Source: Spirochaetia bacterium
GTDB taxonomy: Bacteria; Spirochaetota; Spirochaetia; DSM-2461
NCBI GenBank assembly: GCA_963668315.1
Contig: OY764216.1
Location: 448,001 to 512,000 of the forward strand
DNA length: 64,000 bases
Direction of reading: 5' to 3'
Below the pieces are notes generated by a model that saw only the letters and a program-made list of their open reading frames with translations, did not search any database and had not been told where the DNA came from. The translations under genes were made by a program, and so were the position numbers. Shown here piece after piece: positions 1 through 12,061 of this stretch. Numbering within the stretch: position 1 is the first letter of the stretch; each line of letters begins with the position of its first letter.

Positions 1-788
1 CTATTGATTCGGTCCAGTTCATAGGGGTTGTGGGTATAGGTGAAGGCGGCGAAGACCTGCTCTTCCCCCTGGGGAGTATAGGCGGCGAAATCATCGGCGC
101 CCTGGGCTCCGATAAAGGTGTTGTAGCCTTCGTCGGCAAAGAGGGCCACCACGTCCACGCCGTCCTTTCTCTTGGATTTCATCTTGGCTCCCACCGCATC
201 GACGGCGCCGTATTTGCCGGGGTCCGTGTCGGAGATAAAGTGGCGGGCGCCGCCGCCGGCGAAGAAGTCCACGCCGCTGTCGGCGAAATCCAGGGCGATG
301 CCGTTTTCATCGTTCCGGTCGGGATTGTGGGAAGCGAAGCAGGCGGGGGTGGCGTGGGTCAGGCGGGTGGTGGAGATGAGTCCGGTGCCCATGCCTTTCT
401 CTTCGGCGGATTCCACGAGGGTCTTCAGGACGGTTCCGTCGGGAAGCTCGGCGATCATGCCGTTGTCCGTTTTGTATCCGGCGGCCAGGGCCGTGGCGGC
501 GGCGGCCGAATCGGTTACCAGAGAGCTGGAAGAGTGGGTTGTGTTGATTCCCGATACGGGAAGGGTGTTCATGGCCAGATGGGCCGATGCATCGCCGGTC
601 TTGTGCTGCAGGTAGTACTCGGATACCTGCCTCTGCGCGGCTCCGAGACCGTCACCGATCAGGTAGAATACATATTTGGGGGGATTTTTTACGGCGAATT
701 CCGCGGAAGCGGTGTCTTTCTGCCCGTTGGCGCACACTCCGGCGATGGCGGCCAGCGTCACGAGCAGCATGGATAATGCTCTTTTCAT
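1..788 (-). CDS. phoA: Alkaline phosphatase (PhoA family), 3' end runs off the window; absent from the ORF track
   Basis: Manual translation from ATG at 788: MKRALSMLLVTLAAIAGVCANGQK...YVFYLIGDGLG...VTDSAAAATALAAGYKTDNG...TTRLTHATPACF, giving the IGDG, DSAA (catalytic Ser) and THATPA motifs. AGGAGA RBS upstream. Confidence 0.9.
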   Translation of the reverse strand, partial: MKRALSMLLVTLAAIAGVCANGQKDTASAEFAVKNPPKYVFYLIGDGLGAAQRQVSEYYLQHKTGDASAHLAMNTLPVSGINTTHSSSSLVTDSAAAATALAAGYKTDNGMIAELPDGTVLKTLVESAEEKGMGTGLISTTRLTHATPACFASHNPDRNDENGIALDFADSGVDFFAGGGARHFISDTDPGKYGAVDAVGAKMKSKRKDGVDVVALFADEGYNTFIGAQGADDFAAYTPQGEEQVFAAFTYTHNPYELDRIN

Positions 789-1034
789 TTTTTTCTCCTT
801 ACGTTCATGGACGGGAAGGTCTGAGTCATCCCTTCCGGCCTGTTCTTCAAACGACCTAAAGAATGGGCCGCCCATGTTTCCTTTTTATTCGCCTTCGGTT
901 AGTAGTACGTTAACATCAGTATACATTTACTACCTTTTCATTAGTATTTAGCCTGTTCTCCCTTCCTCCACGGCAGGACGGGCTAAATGTAAAAAAAGCT
1001 TGCATTTAGGGAATTTATAGCCTAAAATCAATTC

Positions 1035-2246
1035 ATGGATTACGGCTCCCTCTCCCGTGATGAATTAATTAAGGAACTGGAAGAAGCTCATTGTCAAAAC
1101 AGTTCAATTCTTTCTCTCCTTTCCACTTTGAGAGACGGTATTATCACGATTAACCGCGAGGGACGCATCCTGTTCATGAACAGAATGGCGGAAGAGCTGA
1201 CCGGATGGAGTTCGGAAGAGGCTCAGGGACAGCTTCACAGCGAAGTCCTGACGTTTATCGATCACTTCACTTCAGAGCCGATTACCCTGAATCTCAGAGA
1301 AATCCGGGAGGACAACACGATCAGGGAGTACTCCGGATTCGTGGATATTCTCGATAAAAGGCACACGGCTCACCACATATCCCTTCGCTTTCTTCCCTTT
1401 GAGGGGATCTGTCCCGATTCGGACATGGTGATTAATATTCACGACATCACCGAAACCCGCCATTTGCGCGAAGAGATTAACCGGGTTCAGAAACTGGATG
1501 CGCTGAGCAAGCTGGCCGGCGGGATCGCCCACTCTTTCAACAACATGCTGACAGGTATCATGGGCTTTTCCGAGCTGATAACCCAGGAATTGGACGAAGA
1601 GATGAATTCCGATCTTTTTGCCTACAACCAGGTCATTCTGGAAACCTGCGAAAGGGCTTCCGACGTGACCGGGGAACTGCTCAATTTCTCACGAAGGAGA
1701 AATCTCGGCTACGTCAGAATCGATCTGAACGAACAGATTGAAGCGGCGATTACTACGCTGAAAACCTTTCTCGGCACGAAGATCACCCTGGAGTGGGACT
1801 CTCAGGCCCAAAACAGTCTGACCAATGCCGATCCCTTTCAGGTGAGGGAGATTATCACCAATCTGGGTAAAAACGCCCGGGACGTCCTGCCCCTGGGCGG
1901 GAAGATTATTATCAAGACGAAGAACCGCCGTTTCACGGAAGAGGAGTGCCGGAGAAAGTCCCGCCTGATGAATCCGGGAGATTATTATCTGATTTCCTTT
2001 TACGATTCCGGCCCGGGAATCCCCGCCGACGTTCTCCCCCATATCTTCGATCCCTTCTACACGACAAAGTCATTTATCGGAGGAAGCGGCCTTGGCCTTT
2101 CATCGGTATACGGATCGGTAATAAGCCACGGGGGGACAATCTCCGTAAAAACGAAAGAGGGAAAGGGGACCTGCTTTGAGATCGCCCTCCCCCTCAGTAC
2201 GCGGCAAAGCAGTTCTATAAATTCAATAAACCGAGACAGCCGTTAA
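1035..2246 (+). CDS. Cytoplasmic PAS-domain sensor histidine kinase
   Basis: PAS region, H-box [14 protein letters not shown]-box [18 protein letters not shown] and GSGLGL. No TM segment. Confidence 0.9.
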   Translation: MDYGSLSRDELIKELEEAHCQNSSILSLLSTLRDGIITINREGRILFMNRMAEELTGWSSEEAQGQLHSEVLTFIDHFTSEPITLNLREIREDNTIREYSGFVDILDKRHTAHHISLRFLPFEGICPDSDMVINIHDITETRHLREEINRVQKLDALSKLAGGIAHSFNNMLTGIMGFSELITQELDEEMNSDLFAYNQVILETCERASDVTGELLNFSRRRNLGYVRIDLNEQIEAAITTLKTFLGTKITLEWDSQAQNSLTNADPFQVREIITNLGKNARDVLPLGGKIIIKTKNRRFTEEECRRKSRLMNPGDYYLISFYDSGPGIPADVLPHIFDPFYTTKSFIGGSGLGLSSVYGSVISHGGTISVKTKEGKGTCFEIALPLSTRQSSSINSINRDSR

Positions 2247-4443
2247 AGCTGGCGGAAGGCCTCATGAGGGAATCCATACACGCTTCTGACGGCCGGTAGT
2301 AACCGTCCAGTTCGGCCGGTTTTCCCTGCACCCCTCTCAATTCATCCACGATCTTCTCTTCCTGTTCGGAAAGTCCCTCATAGACGGGGATAAACAGTTT
2401 CTTCATGTCCCCGTCCTTATCCTGCTCCGCCAGAGCCTTCGCCCAGTATAGGGTCAGATAGAAATGGCTTCCCCGGTTGTCCAGCTCCCCCGCCCTTCGG
2501 GAAGGTCCCCGCCGGTTCTCCAGATAGAGGGCCGTTCCCCGGTCCAACGTTTCAGCCAGCAGAGCCGCCCGGCCGTTTCCGTCGATCCCCAGCTGTTCCA
2601 GTGAGACGGCCAGGGCCAGGAATTCGCCCAGAGAGTCCCAGCGCAGATGATTTTCGGCGATAAACTGCTGAACATGCTTGGGAGCCGAACCGCCCGCACC
2701 CGTCTCGTAGAGGCCGCCGCCGTTCATGAGGGGAACCACGGAGAGCATTTTCGCGCTGGTTCCCAGTTCCAGAATGGGAAACAGGTCGGTCAGATAGTCG
2801 CGGAGGACATTTCCCGTAACGGAAATAACGTCTCTTCCCGCAGAGATTTCGTCCATGGTCACCGTGGCCGCTTCCACGGGGGAGAGAACGGAAATGTCCA
2901 GACCGGCCGTATCGTACCCGGGCAGGTAGAGAGCGACCTTTTCTCTCAGGGCTCTGTCGTGGGCGCGGTTTTCATCGAGCCAGAAGATGGTTTTGCTCTT
3001 CGTAAGGCGGGCGCGGGTCACGGCCAGTTTGATCCAGTCGCGCACAGGAGCGTCCTTGGCCTGGCACATGCGGAAGATATCCCCGTCATGCACGGGCTGT
3101 TCCAGGATGATTCGTCCCGATCCGTCGGTAACCCGGACGGTCCCCTCCCCCTTTATCTGAAAGGTTTTGTCATGGGAGCCGTACTCTTCGGCTTTCTGCG
3201 CCATGAGTCCCACGTTGGCGACACTGCCCATGGAGGCCGGATTAAAGGCGCCGTGCTTTTTACAATAGTCGATCGCCGCCTGGTATACTCCGGCGTAGGC
3301 TCTGTCGGGAATGACCGCCTTCATGTCCTGGAGTTCCCCGTTCCTGTTCCACATTTTACCGGAGGTACGGATGGCGGCCGGCATGGACGCGTCGATAATG
3401 ACGTCGCTGGGAACATGGAAATTGGTTATGCCCCGGTCCGAATCGACCATGGCCAGATCGGGACCGTTTTCCATGCAGCGGTCCAGCTCCTCGCGGATCT
3501 CCTTCTGCAGGGCATCATCGAGGGATTCGATTTTCTTCAGGAGATCCCCGAGGCCGTTATTGGGATCCACCCCGGCCCGGGCCAGGGCATCGCCGTACTT
3601 ATCGAAGAGAGAAGCAAAAAACACCGAGAGGCCGTGACCGAAGATTATCGGATCGGAAACTTTCATCATGGTGGCCTTCAGATGAAGGGAGAAGAGCACG
3701 CCCTTCTCCTTCGCATCCCTGATTTCCCGGGCATAAAAATCCCGCAGTTTGGCCTTGTCCATAACGGCGGCATCCACGATTTCCCCTTCCATCAGGGTCA
3801 GATTCTCCTTGAGAACCTGGGTCGTCCCGTCCTTTTTATGAAAAACAACGGAGACCTTATCGGCCTTTTCCATGATATGGGATTTCTCGCTTCCGTAGAA
3901 ATCCCCTTCGGTCATACTGGCCACATGGGAGAGGGAGCCGGAAGACCAGGCTCCCATGGAGTGGGGATTCCTCCGGGCGAACTCCTTCACGGCCCCGGGA
4001 GCGCGGCGGTCCGAGTTGCCCTCCCGCAGAACGGGGTTTACCGCGGAGCCCTTGATTTTATCATAGCGGGCCTTGATTTCCCTTTCCCCGTCGGATGAGG
4101 GGGACTCGGGATAATCGGGAAGGGCGAACCCCTTCTCCTGCAGCTCCGCCACGGCCGCTTTCAGCTGGGGAACGGAAGCGGAGATATTGGGCAGCTTGAT
4201 AATATTGGCATCGGGCTCCTTCACCATGTTCCCCAGAATAGCCAGATCGTCGGAGACCCGCTGTTCGGGGGTCAGGTTTTCGGGGAAAGCGGCCAGTATA
4301 CGGCCGGCCAGAGAGATATCCCTGGTTTCCACATCTATACCGGCGGTTGCCGTGAAAGCCCGGATAACGGGGAGGAGAGAACGGGTGGCCAGCGCGGGCG
4401 CCTCGTCTGTCAACGTATACGTAATGGTTGATTTCTGTGCCAT
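2215..4443 (-). CDS. icd: Monomeric NADP-dependent isocitrate dehydrogenase
   Basis: [31 protein letters not shown] and [14 protein letters not shown] motifs. Start set at MAQKS. Confidence 0.96.
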   Translation of the reverse strand: MAQKSTITYTLTDEAPALATRSLLPVIRAFTATAGIDVETRDISLAGRILAAFPENLTPEQRVSDDLAILGNMVKEPDANIIKLPNISASVPQLKAAVAELQEKGFALPDYPESPSSDGEREIKARYDKIKGSAVNPVLREGNSDRRAPGAVKEFARRNPHSMGAWSSGSLSHVASMTEGDFYGSEKSHIMEKADKVSVVFHKKDGTTQVLKENLTLMEGEIVDAAVMDKAKLRDFYAREIRDAKEKGVLFSLHLKATMMKVSDPIIFGHGLSVFFASLFDKYGDALARAGVDPNNGLGDLLKKIESLDDALQKEIREELDRCMENGPDLAMVDSDRGITNFHVPSDVIIDASMPAAIRTSGKMWNRNGELQDMKAVIPDRAYAGVYQAAIDYCKKHGAFNPASMGSVANVGLMAQKAEEYGSHDKTFQIKGEGTVRVTDGSGRIILEQPVHDGDIFRMCQAKDAPVRDWIKLAVTRARLTKSKTIFWLDENRAHDRALREKVALYLPGYDTAGLDISVLSPVEAATVTMDEISAGRDVISVTGNVLRDYLTDLFPILELGTSAKMLSVVPLMNGGGLYETGAGGSAPKHVQQFIAENHLRWDSLGEFLALAVSLEQLGIDGNGRAALLAETLDRGTALYLENRRGPSRRAGELDNRGSHFYLTLYWAKALAEQDKDGDMKKLFIPVYEGLSEQEEKIVDELRGVQGKPAELDGYYRPSEACMDSLMRPSASFNGCLGLLNL

Positions 4444-4480
4444 GATATTATCCTGATTGTGGTGTGATGCGCCATTATAC

Positions 4481-4510
4481 AAAAAAAGGGGTCCCTTGGT
4501 TAAGGGACCC
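4481..4510 (-). terminator. Intrinsic terminator after the Gld-like ABC operon
   Basis: On the minus strand: GGGTCCCTT-AACC-AAGGGACCC followed by C and 7 T. Confidence 0.8.
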
Positions 4511-4531
4511 GCAGACCGAAATAAAACCGGA

Positions 4532-5389
4532 TTATTCCATGAAATCCAGGATATCCTTCATCTGATATTCGGAGAGGCGGAAAAAATCCTCCCCCCGGGA
4601 GCTTTTACAGATATAGCCTTCATCGTCCTTAAGGAAAACGGAAAGGGTCATCGTCTCCTCGCCGCTTTTCATTTCTATTTTCCACTCGGGGGATAGGGTG
4701 GTGAGGAAATCGGGCAGATATTCCCGGCAGCTCAGGGAGGACAGGGTCCGGATTTTCGATCCCAGTTCTTCGCTCTTACCGAAGGGGGTGTCTCCTTCCA
4801 TCCAGCCGGAGTCACCCCTGGTCAGAAGAATATCTTTTTCCCCATGACTCAGCCGGATCTCCGTGAGACTGTCCGCATCAAAGCTGAGGACCGTCTTGTC
4901 CCTCAGATCGCCGGGCTTTTCCGGCAGCAGGCTGTTCCAGTCTCCCGTTAAAAGATAAACCTTGTCATCCCCGGGGAACATGCCGTAGGTCCCGTGACCG
5001 GTAGAGGCCTTCTTCCCGAAGAGAAAGACTTGCTCGCCCTTTTCCGTGGCGATCCTTACTTTTACGGCCTTACCCTCTTCCAGCTGATAGTTCTCGTAAA
5101 GACCCGCCCGGGAAACCAGATCGGTCACGGCCAGTTCCTCAATCCCCGTCATCAGCTTATCCTCCTTGGACGCCATGACGGGCCTTTCCGGATCTCCCAT
5201 GACCCACTGGTCTCCGGATTTCCTCAGATGATGGGCCTCGTCATCCCCATAGTAGATATCGGTGATATCTCCCCTTTCAGGAGCTTTCCAGGAGGGCAGC
5301 TTATACCGGACTTTCCCGTCGGGCCTGAAGGCAAGATACAGGATTCCCAGCAGGATAACCGCTCCGACGATGATAAACTCTTTTTTCAT
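4532..5389 (-). CDS. DUF4340-like membrane-anchored protein
   Basis: N-terminal [13 protein letters not shown] repeat signature, last gene of the GldA/F/G-like operon. ATGA overlap with the upstream gene and GGAGG RBS. Confidence 0.75.
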   Translation of the reverse strand: MKKEFIIVGAVILLGILYLAFRPDGKVRYKLPSWKAPERGDITDIYYGDDEAHHLRKSGDQWVMGDPERPVMASKEDKLMTGIEELAVTDLVSRAGLYENYQLEEGKAVKVRIATEKGEQVFLFGKKASTGHGTYGMFPGDDKVYLLTGDWNSLLPEKPGDLRDKTVLSFDADSLTEIRLSHGEKDILLTRGDSGWMEGDTPFGKSEELGSKIRTLSSLSCREYLPDFLTTLSPEWKIEMKSGEETMTLSVFLKDDEGYICKSSRGEDFFRLSEYQMKDILDFME

Positions 5390-7506
5390 TTCTCCTCCTC
5401 CGGGGTAAACATTTTTCTGATCCGCTTCTTCCTGCCTATCCAGTTGAACCATACGCCCACCCCGACAAGAATGACCAGGAAGGGCAGGACGACGATGTTG
5501 AAAACTTTGATCCCGGTCTTGACGCCCGACGGGAGCCCATCGCTGATCGGGTTGTAGTACTGCCCTTTGCTGCGCATCAGTGCGTAATCGCCCCGCCCGC
5601 TCAGCTGGTCCAGGCAGTTCAGAATGAACATGGCATTGGAAGACTGCCCCGAATCATCCAGGATATTATCCTTGAGGACCGAACTGGAGCCGACGAGAAG
5701 GATCTGTCCTTCCGTCCCCTTCTCCACCATCTTCTCGTCTGTCAGAGCCTGATTCAGAAGACGGCCCTTCTCTTCCTGCCCGGTCTGCCCGCCCTCTTCC
5801 GGCGCGGGAGGAGCGGGTATTTCCTTTCCGGCGAAGTAACTGTCAAAGGTACCGGTCAGGCGCAGGGCCAGAGGATAGGACGCCATCTCTCCTTCGGGGG
5901 GAGGAGTCATCATCTGGGGATTCAGATTGATGTTATCAGACATCTCCCAGGATTTGTCGCTGGATGAGAGGAGCGTTTCCACCCTGACGTCACCGGGAAC
6001 ATCCCCGGTAATTTCCAGGGGCGCCGCATCCAGGAAAATCATACCCTTCAGATTGTGCATGAAGGGAAGAGCCTGATTGACCTTTTCGGTCTGAATTTCC
6101 GGTGCGTTATAGAAGCGGATTTCCTGATATCCCCCGGCGGCGGTCTGGCGGCGGGACAGGTAGCCGTTCTTGTCCAGAAGGTAGCTCTGGTGTTCTTTGA
6201 CGCCGTACTTATCCAGCAGTTTTTCCAGTCCTGTCTGAACGGGAACATACTGGGGCTGGGCGCCGTACATCATCATCTGCTGGTTAGGCAGCTGTTCGTC
6301 GAAGGGATCGAGGAAGAGAGCCAGAGACCCGCCCCTCATGAGAAACTGATCGAGCTGATAGAGTTCCCAGTCGCTGAACGGTTCGGTCACGCCGGCAATC
6401 ACCAGAGTCTTGAGCCCCCGGGGCAGGGAATCCATGGTAACCGGGGTCACCTGATACTCCGAGGAGAGGAGGGAGTAGAAATTCCGGAGGGACTCTTCAT
6501 TCTGCGAATAGGAGTAAAGGGGCAGGGCGCCGTGATCGGACAGATAGCCGACTCTCTGCTGGACGCCGAGAAGCCTTTCGCCGATCTGCCGGAGGGGTTC
6601 CTTGAGATCGGCCGGCTCCTCCAGGCGGTTCCCCAGAATGCTCCGTGAGATCAGTTCTATCTTGCTGAATTCACTCCCCTTCTCCACGACCAGGGCGGCA
6701 TATAGCTTTCCCCCGTCCTGTTCGTCGGAACCGAAGCTGTTGAGGCCGTACGTTCCCAGCCCGTCCGTACCTGTTTTATCGGGATCGATGAACTCGTATT
6801 CCAGCCTGTGGTAGAATTCATTTTCCAGCCCCTTAACCATCTCTTCCACTTCCGAAGGATAGCTTTCCAGTCCTTCGCCCATCCGGTTCAGGGAGGACGA
6901 GAAAACCAGCTTGACCTTCAGGTCCTGATCCAGGGCCAGCAGGGCGTTGGTTTTGGAGGCCAGGTCGCGTATCATGCCGGTCACTTCATACTCCAGGTTG
7001 GTCCGCTTCTCCCGGTTGTCCTGAACGCCCAGATAATTGTTCCGTCGGGTCAGATCGCCCTGGATCATCGCCATGCCCATATAAACTTTCTTCAGGCTGA
7101 ACTGATTGTCCACGAGCACCTGGGTCTCCACCGGCGAGATGCCGTACTGGGCGGCAAGATCGGTCAGAAGAACCCCCTGGGAGTTCCGCCGTTCCCCTTT
7201 GCTGTCGATCATATGTACTTCATAGTTGAAGTTCCTGTTTCCCTTGCGGGAGTACTCCCCCATCAGATCCCGGACTTCCTGTTCCAGAGTCTGGTTGGGC
7301 TGGGGAAGATCCTCGGAAAGAAAGAAGCGCACCGTCAGGGGTTCTTCCAGGGAGGAAACCGCCTTGACCGACGCGTCGGATAGGGTATACAAACCGTTTT
7401 TCGTCAGATCCCATCGAAAATAGAGGGAGCTGGATACCAGATTGATAATGATCAGAAGGACCGCGTACAGCCCCAGTCTTATTCCGTCCTGTTTTTGTAT
7501 TTTCAT
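5386..7506 (-). CDS. GldG-family ABC transporter auxiliary component
   Basis: RWDLTKNGLYTLS, LDQFLMRGG, N- and C-terminal TMs. Confidence 0.85.
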   Translation of the reverse strand: MKIQKQDGIRLGLYAVLLIIINLVSSSLYFRWDLTKNGLYTLSDASVKAVSSLEEPLTVRFFLSEDLPQPNQTLEQEVRDLMGEYSRKGNRNFNYEVHMIDSKGERRNSQGVLLTDLAAQYGISPVETQVLVDNQFSLKKVYMGMAMIQGDLTRRNNYLGVQDNREKRTNLEYEVTGMIRDLASKTNALLALDQDLKVKLVFSSSLNRMGEGLESYPSEVEEMVKGLENEFYHRLEYEFIDPDKTGTDGLGTYGLNSFGSDEQDGGKLYAALVVEKGSEFSKIELISRSILGNRLEEPADLKEPLRQIGERLLGVQQRVGYLSDHGALPLYSYSQNEESLRNFYSLLSSEYQVTPVTMDSLPRGLKTLVIAGVTEPFSDWELYQLDQFLMRGGSLALFLDPFDEQLPNQQMMMYGAQPQYVPVQTGLEKLLDKYGVKEHQSYLLDKNGYLSRRQTAAGGYQEIRFYNAPEIQTEKVNQALPFMHNLKGMIFLDAAPLEITGDVPGDVRVETLLSSSDKSWEMSDNINLNPQMMTPPPEGEMASYPLALRLTGTFDSYFAGKEIPAPPAPEEGGQTGQEEKGRLLNQALTDEKMVEKGTEGQILLVGSSSVLKDNILDDSGQSSNAMFILNCLDQLSGRGDYALMRSKGQYYNPISDGLPSGVKTGIKVFNIVVLPFLVILVGVGVWFNWIGRKKRIRKMFTPEEEK

Positions 7507-7516
7507 GTCTGCGTCC

Positions 7517-8227
7517 TTAACGTTTTTCCCTGTGAACCAGATGGGTCAGGTACAATGCCGCGGCGATAATGCTCAGAAAATAGACCAGATCCCGTGAGTC
7601 GATGAGTCCCTTGGCGATGCTCTCGAAGTGATAGCTGGAACTGAGGAACTGGAGAAATCCCGTAAGAAAGGGGGGAACCAGAATGAGCATACTGTTCAGA
7701 ATATAGAGGAAGAAGCAGACCGCCACGCTTATGATAAAGGCCACCACCTGGTTATGGGTCAATGAAGAGGCCAGCACGCCAATGGCCGTATAGGCGGCGG
7801 CGAGAAACAGAGCTCCCACGAAGCCTCCCACAACGGGCCCCATGTCCAGGTCTCCGGTCATAGCCACGAAGATAGGATAGAGCAGAGTGGGCACCATCAT
7901 GACAAGCACCATGGCCAGGGCGGAGAAGTATTTTCCCAGAACCACTTCCAGGCGGGAGAGGGGCAGGGTCATGAGGATCTCGTAACTGCCGCTCCGGTAC
8001 TCTTCGGAGAAAACCCGCATGGTAAGGGCGGGAATCGTGAAGGTAAGAATCAGGGGCAGAAGACTGAAGAATCGTCTCATATTCACCTGATTCAGAAGAA
8101 AATAGGTCGAGAAGAAAAACCATCCGGCCGTAACCAGAAACAGGGCCATAATGATATAGGCGACGGGACTGACAAACAGAGCCCGGAATTCCCGTTTGAA
8201 GACTTTACCTGTATTCACAAAACTCAT
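7517..8227 (-). CDS. ABC-2 type permease (GldF-like)
   Basis: FKREFRALFVSPVAY, MRVFSEEYRSGSYEILMTLP, about 6 TMs. Confidence 0.88.
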   Translation of the reverse strand: MSFVNTGKVFKREFRALFVSPVAYIIMALFLVTAGWFFFSTYFLLNQVNMRRFFSLLPLILTFTIPALTMRVFSEEYRSGSYEILMTLPLSRLEVVLGKYFSALAMVLVMMVPTLLYPIFVAMTGDLDMGPVVGGFVGALFLAAAYTAIGVLASSLTHNQVVAFIISVAVCFFLYILNSMLILVPPFLTGFLQFLSSSYHFESIAKGLIDSRDLVYFLSIIAAALYLTHLVHREKR

Positions 8228-9156
8228 CAGTTTTCTCCTCCCTGTGTCAGCTGTCTGAAAATGCTTTCCAGGGATTGGCTCTCCCGGTGCAGTTCCATAA
8301 GAATCCAGTCCTGCCTTCTAACCGCCCGGTAAACCGGTTCTCTCAGATCTTCCTGCGACTCCAGATGGACGTTTACAAGTCTCTCCCGCTCCTCAAAACG
8401 TGACTTGCCGATTCCGGGGATGTTCTCCAGCACTGATCTGGCCTCCGCTTCCGAAGCTCCCTTAATCTGCAGAGAGAGGGAGGAAGTTCCCTGCCCGGCA
8501 AGGAGTTCTCCCATGCTGCCGTCCGCGGCGATCTTTCCTTTGTTGATGATAACGACCCGGTCGCATGTCGCCTCGGCCTCGCTGAGGATATGAGTCGAAA
8601 AGATAACCGTTTTCTCCCTGCCTATCTCCCGTATAATGGACCGGATCTCGCCGATCTGGTTGGGGTCGAGACCGCTTGTCGGTTCGTCCAGCACGAGAAT
8701 GGCCGGATCGCTCATCATGGCCAGGGCCAGGCCGACCCTCTGTCTGTACCCCTTGGAAAGGGCGGCGATATTCTTATGCATTACGCCGCCGATGCCGCAG
8801 AGCTCGGCCATTTCCCTGATTCTCTTAACCCGCGCTTCCCCGGAGATGCCCCTCACTTCGGCAATGTACATGAGATAATCGAAGACCAGCATATCCGTAT
8901 ACAGGGGAGACGATTCGGGGAGATAGCCGATAAGGGCCTTGGCCTGTTCCGCTTCGTTCCGGACATCATGGCCGTCGACATAGATGGTTCCTCCCGTGGG
9001 CTGGAGAAATCCTGTCAGAATTCTCAGGGTCGTGGACTTCCCCGCTCCGTTCGGCCCCAGAAGCCCCATAACCTGTCCCTTCGGAATTTCCAGCGAAAGC
9101 CGGTCTACCGCCAGAAGATCGTCATAACGCTTTGATAGCTCATCGATAGTAATCAT
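8227..9156 (-). CDS. ABC transporter ATP-binding protein (GldA-like)
   Basis: Walker A GPNGAGKST, signature LSKGYRQR, Walker B LVLDEPT. Confidence 0.92.
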   Translation of the reverse strand: MITIDELSKRYDDLLAVDRLSLEIPKGQVMGLLGPNGAGKSTTLRILTGFLQPTGGTIYVDGHDVRNEAEQAKALIGYLPESSPLYTDMLVFDYLMYIAEVRGISGEARVKRIREMAELCGIGGVMHKNIAALSKGYRQRVGLALAMMSDPAILVLDEPTSGLDPNQIGEIRSIIREIGREKTVIFSTHILSEAEATCDRVVIINKGKIAADGSMGELLAGQGTSSLSLQIKGASEAEARSVLENIPGIGKSRFEERERLVNVHLESQEDLREPVYRAVRRQDWILMELHRESQSLESIFRQLTQGGEN

Positions 9157-9405
9157 TTATCCTCCTGTCTGATTTTATCCGGACGTTCCTTGATCCGTCC
9201 GGAGGATTAGGCTTTATCCCTATAACAAGACAATCGGACAAAGGTTACAACTTTAACAGTCTTTATAAGACATTAATACCCTCCCTTATACATTACAGGA
9301 CTGTAATGTTGTAAATAAGAAGCAGGTTCCAGTTGCATAAATCCTTTGTTGCATTACCCTTAGACTCCTGTTACCATATAAGGAAAGAGAGAGAGGAGCG
9401 ACTCC

Positions 9406-10209
9406 ATGGGCAAAGATAAAATTGTGGAAAAAAAAGAGATTCCCAAAAAGGTTTATGAAAAGGAACTGCAGAAAATGCAGCTCGAACTGATAAAGCTGCA
9501 GCAGTGGATAAAGTTCAAAGGCCTTAAGGTCGTAGTCATCTTCGAAGGAAGGGATGCGGCGGGAAAGGGGGGGATCATCCAGCGGATATCCCAGAATCTG
9601 AATCCCCGTATCTGCCATGTCGCCGCCCTGGGAAAACCCTCAGAGAGGGAGGAGTCGCAGTGGTATTTTCAGAGGTACGTGCCCTACCTTCCGGCCAAGG
9701 GCGAAATGGTTCTCTTTGACAGAAGCTGGTACAACTGCGTCGGTGTGGACAGGGTTATGGGCTTCACCACCCCCGATCAGTGGGAAGAGTTCTACCAGAG
9801 CTGTCCCGCCTTCGAGGAGATGCTCATACGCTCCGGCATCATCCTCATCAAGTACTGGATCTCCGTTTCCGACGGCGAACAGGAGAGGCGTTTCCGCCGC
9901 CGCATTCAGGATCCGACGAAACGCTGGAAACTCAGCCCCATGGATCTGAAATCACGGCTTTACTGGGACGAGTACTCCCGCGCCAAGGACACCATGTTCC
10001 AGTACTGCGACACGGAGATATCCCCCTGGTACGTGGTCCCGGCGGACAGCAAGAGACAGGCCCGGCTGAACTGTATCGATCATCTCCTAAGCCTTATCCC
10101 CTACGAAAGCGTCCCCCCCCGTGATAAAATCGACCTGCCCGAAAGGAAAATTACCGATTACGAGAGGCCGAACTATCATCACCAGAGGATCATTCCTCAG
10201 AAATTCTAA
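9406..10209 (+). CDS. ppk2: Polyphosphate kinase 2
   Basis: [18 protein letters not shown] and WKLSPMD motifs. Confidence 0.95.
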   Translation: MGKDKIVEKKEIPKKVYEKELQKMQLELIKLQQWIKFKGLKVVVIFEGRDAAGKGGIIQRISQNLNPRICHVAALGKPSEREESQWYFQRYVPYLPAKGEMVLFDRSWYNCVGVDRVMGFTTPDQWEEFYQSCPAFEEMLIRSGIILIKYWISVSDGEQERRFRRRIQDPTKRWKLSPMDLKSRLYWDEYSRAKDTMFQYCDTEISPWYVVPADSKRQARLNCIDHLLSLIPYESVPPRDKIDLPERKITDYERPNYHHQRIIPQKF

Positions 10210-12061
10210 AGATATTGACGTTCTTCTCCAGACTGTCGGTCGCATCATCCAATCTGCGGGCCTGCTCCTGGAGGGAGAGGGAGGATTCCATGACCTCCCT
10301 GGCGCCTATGCTCATCTCCCCCATGGCGGCCTGATTTTCCGCGGAAATCTGAAGAACCCCTTCCAGAGCCTCGGAGACCTCCTCCCGTTCCCGGTTCATC
10401 TGCTGGGAAAGATCCCTCAGATTCAGGGAGTTCTGATTCAGATCTGTCATGGCCCGGGTTATCTCCGTGCTTCCGATTTTCAGTTCGGAAACGCTGCTTT
10501 CTATCTCCATCAGGGAATTGACCACTTCGCCTATTCCCCTGGTCAGGCTGTCAAAGGATTCCTGGGTTTTTCCCCCCCGGCGGGCGGCTTCCTCGATACG
10601 GCCGATGATCTCCTTGATATTCTCGTTTATCTGTTTGGAATTTTCCGATGAGGTTTCTGCCAGCTTTCGGATCTCCTCGGCCACCACGGAAAATCCCCGG
10701 CCCGCGTCACCGGCATGGGCCGCTTCGATGGCGGCATTCATGGCCAGAAGATTCGTCCGTGAGGCGATGGTCAGAATAACCTGGGTGATGGCTTTGATAT
10801 TATCGATGGAAGCGTCAATCTCCTGAATTCCCGTAATGGTCTCCTCCATGACGCCCCGCCCCTCTTCGGCCTCGCCGTTCAGCCTCCGGGCCGCGTCAAT
10901 TCTGCCGCGGGCGATTCCGGCGATGCTCTCTATGTTGGCGGCCATCTCGGTCACAGCCGAGGTGGACTGCTGCTGCAGTGTCACCTGATTATCAATACCG
11001 CTGTCGATGGTGCCCACCGCCTCGCCGAGCCGTCCCATGGACTGGGAAACCTGGCCTATGTTCCTGTCCAGCTCCCCGGCGGACCGGTTGATGGACTCGA
11101 GATTACCGTTCATTTCGGTCATGGCGGAACTGGTCTGTTCCGATACGGCCGACAGATGCTCCTTAATCTCCACCGTACGGGAGGAGGATTCGGTGATGGA
11201 GCTGATGAGGGAAGCCACGCTCAGACGGACATTGGACAGATCGGAAAGAAGGCAGCCCAGCTCATCGCGGGAAGTGATCGTGGGGGGCTCAAAGGAGAAG
11301 TCTCCCCCGGCCATTTTGTTCAGAAGGGTACGGGAAGTTCCCACCCGGTGAAGAATTCCGTCCAGAAGCATGATCACGTCCAGGGTGGCTATGGCCACAC
11401 AGGCCAGGAAGATGACGGACTGCTTGATCCGGATCTGCCTGTACAGTCCGAAACCGCCGCCGTACTCGGCATGGTGGAGAATAATAAATTTCGTGCTGAT
11501 GAGGGAAACACCGTAAAGACCGACCATGCAGAGCATCACGACCAGAAGAAAACGGAGTTTCAGGCTCAGGGAGAGATGTTTCTCGGTGAAGGGAATATGA
11601 CCGTTCTGCTGCTCGTAGTAGCGGATAAAAAGAATATAGGAAGGCATTCCGAACAGGACTTCCAGTGAGAAGCAGATAAGGACCTCCTCGGCCAGATACT
11701 CCTTGAAGCTTCCCTTGATGAAGGCAATAATGACGCCGGCGAGAAGGCTGTAGAGAATCGCCGCGGCCAGGGGGATGGTAGGATATTTGACGAAGGTCTT
11801 CTGAAAGCTCTCCAGCTCCTCCCCTGTCATACCGGGGACATAACCTTTCATGAAGCGGTTGTTCCTGACAAGGGTAAGCATGATAAATGCCATATAGCCA
11901 AGAAGATATACATACATAAGCGGGCTTTTAAGGAGAAAAATAACTCCTCTCGCCCCGTCGATATAAAACCTCATTACAACGTTGGCGACAATGGGGATAA
12001 AGTAGATACCGACGATGTGGGGAAACAGCAGATGGGCTCTACCGGTTGAACTCTCTGTCAT
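10190..12061 (-). CDS. Methyl-accepting chemotaxis protein with multi-TM N-terminus
   Basis: [34 protein letters not shown] signalling domain, HAMP, several TMs. Start set at MTESS. Confidence 0.9.
   Translation of the reverse strand: MTESSTGRAHLLFPHIVGIYFIPIVANVVMRFYIDGARGVIFLLKSPLMYVYLLGYMAFIMLTLVRNNRFMKGYVPGMTGEELESFQKTFVKYPTIPLAAAILYSLLAGVIIAFIKGSFKEYLAEEVLICFSLEVLFGMPSYILFIRYYEQQNGHIPFTEKHLSLSLKLRFLLVVMLCMVGLYGVSLISTKFIILHHAEYGGGFGLYRQIRIKQSVIFLACVAIATLDVIMLLDGILHRVGTSRTLLNKMAGGDFSFEPPTITSRDELGCLLSDLSNVRLSVASLISSITESSSRTVEIKEHLSAVSEQTSSAMTEMNGNLESINRSAGELDRNIGQVSQSMGRLGEAVGTIDSGIDNQVTLQQQSTSAVTEMAANIESIAGIARGRIDAARRLNGEAEEGRGVMEETITGIQEIDASIDNIKAITQVILTIASRTNLLAMNAAIEAAHAGDAGRGFSVVAEEIRKLAETSSENSKQINENIKEIIGRIEEAARRGGKTQESFDSLTRGIGEVVNSLMEIESSVSELKIGSTEITRAMTDLNQNSLNLRDLSQQMNREREEVSEALEGVLQISAENQAAMGEMSIGAREVMESSLSLQEQARRLDDATDSLEKNVNIFRISEE

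Noticed and set aside
30..776. 248-aa plus-strand ORF in the track
   Set aside because: It is the antisense shadow of the minus-strand alkaline phosphatase, which has clear motifs and an RBS.
790..990. Hairpins upstream of phoA as a riboswitch or sRNA
   Set aside because: Only short imperfect stems, with no RNA family motif I can recognise.
2647..4098. Long antisense ORFs (also 16868-17920, 18731-19870, 35444-36922, 43146-44402, 47652-49055, 62177-63403)
   Set aside because: Each mirrors a well-supported gene on the other strand and has no recognisable motifs. This is expected with GC-rich codon usage.
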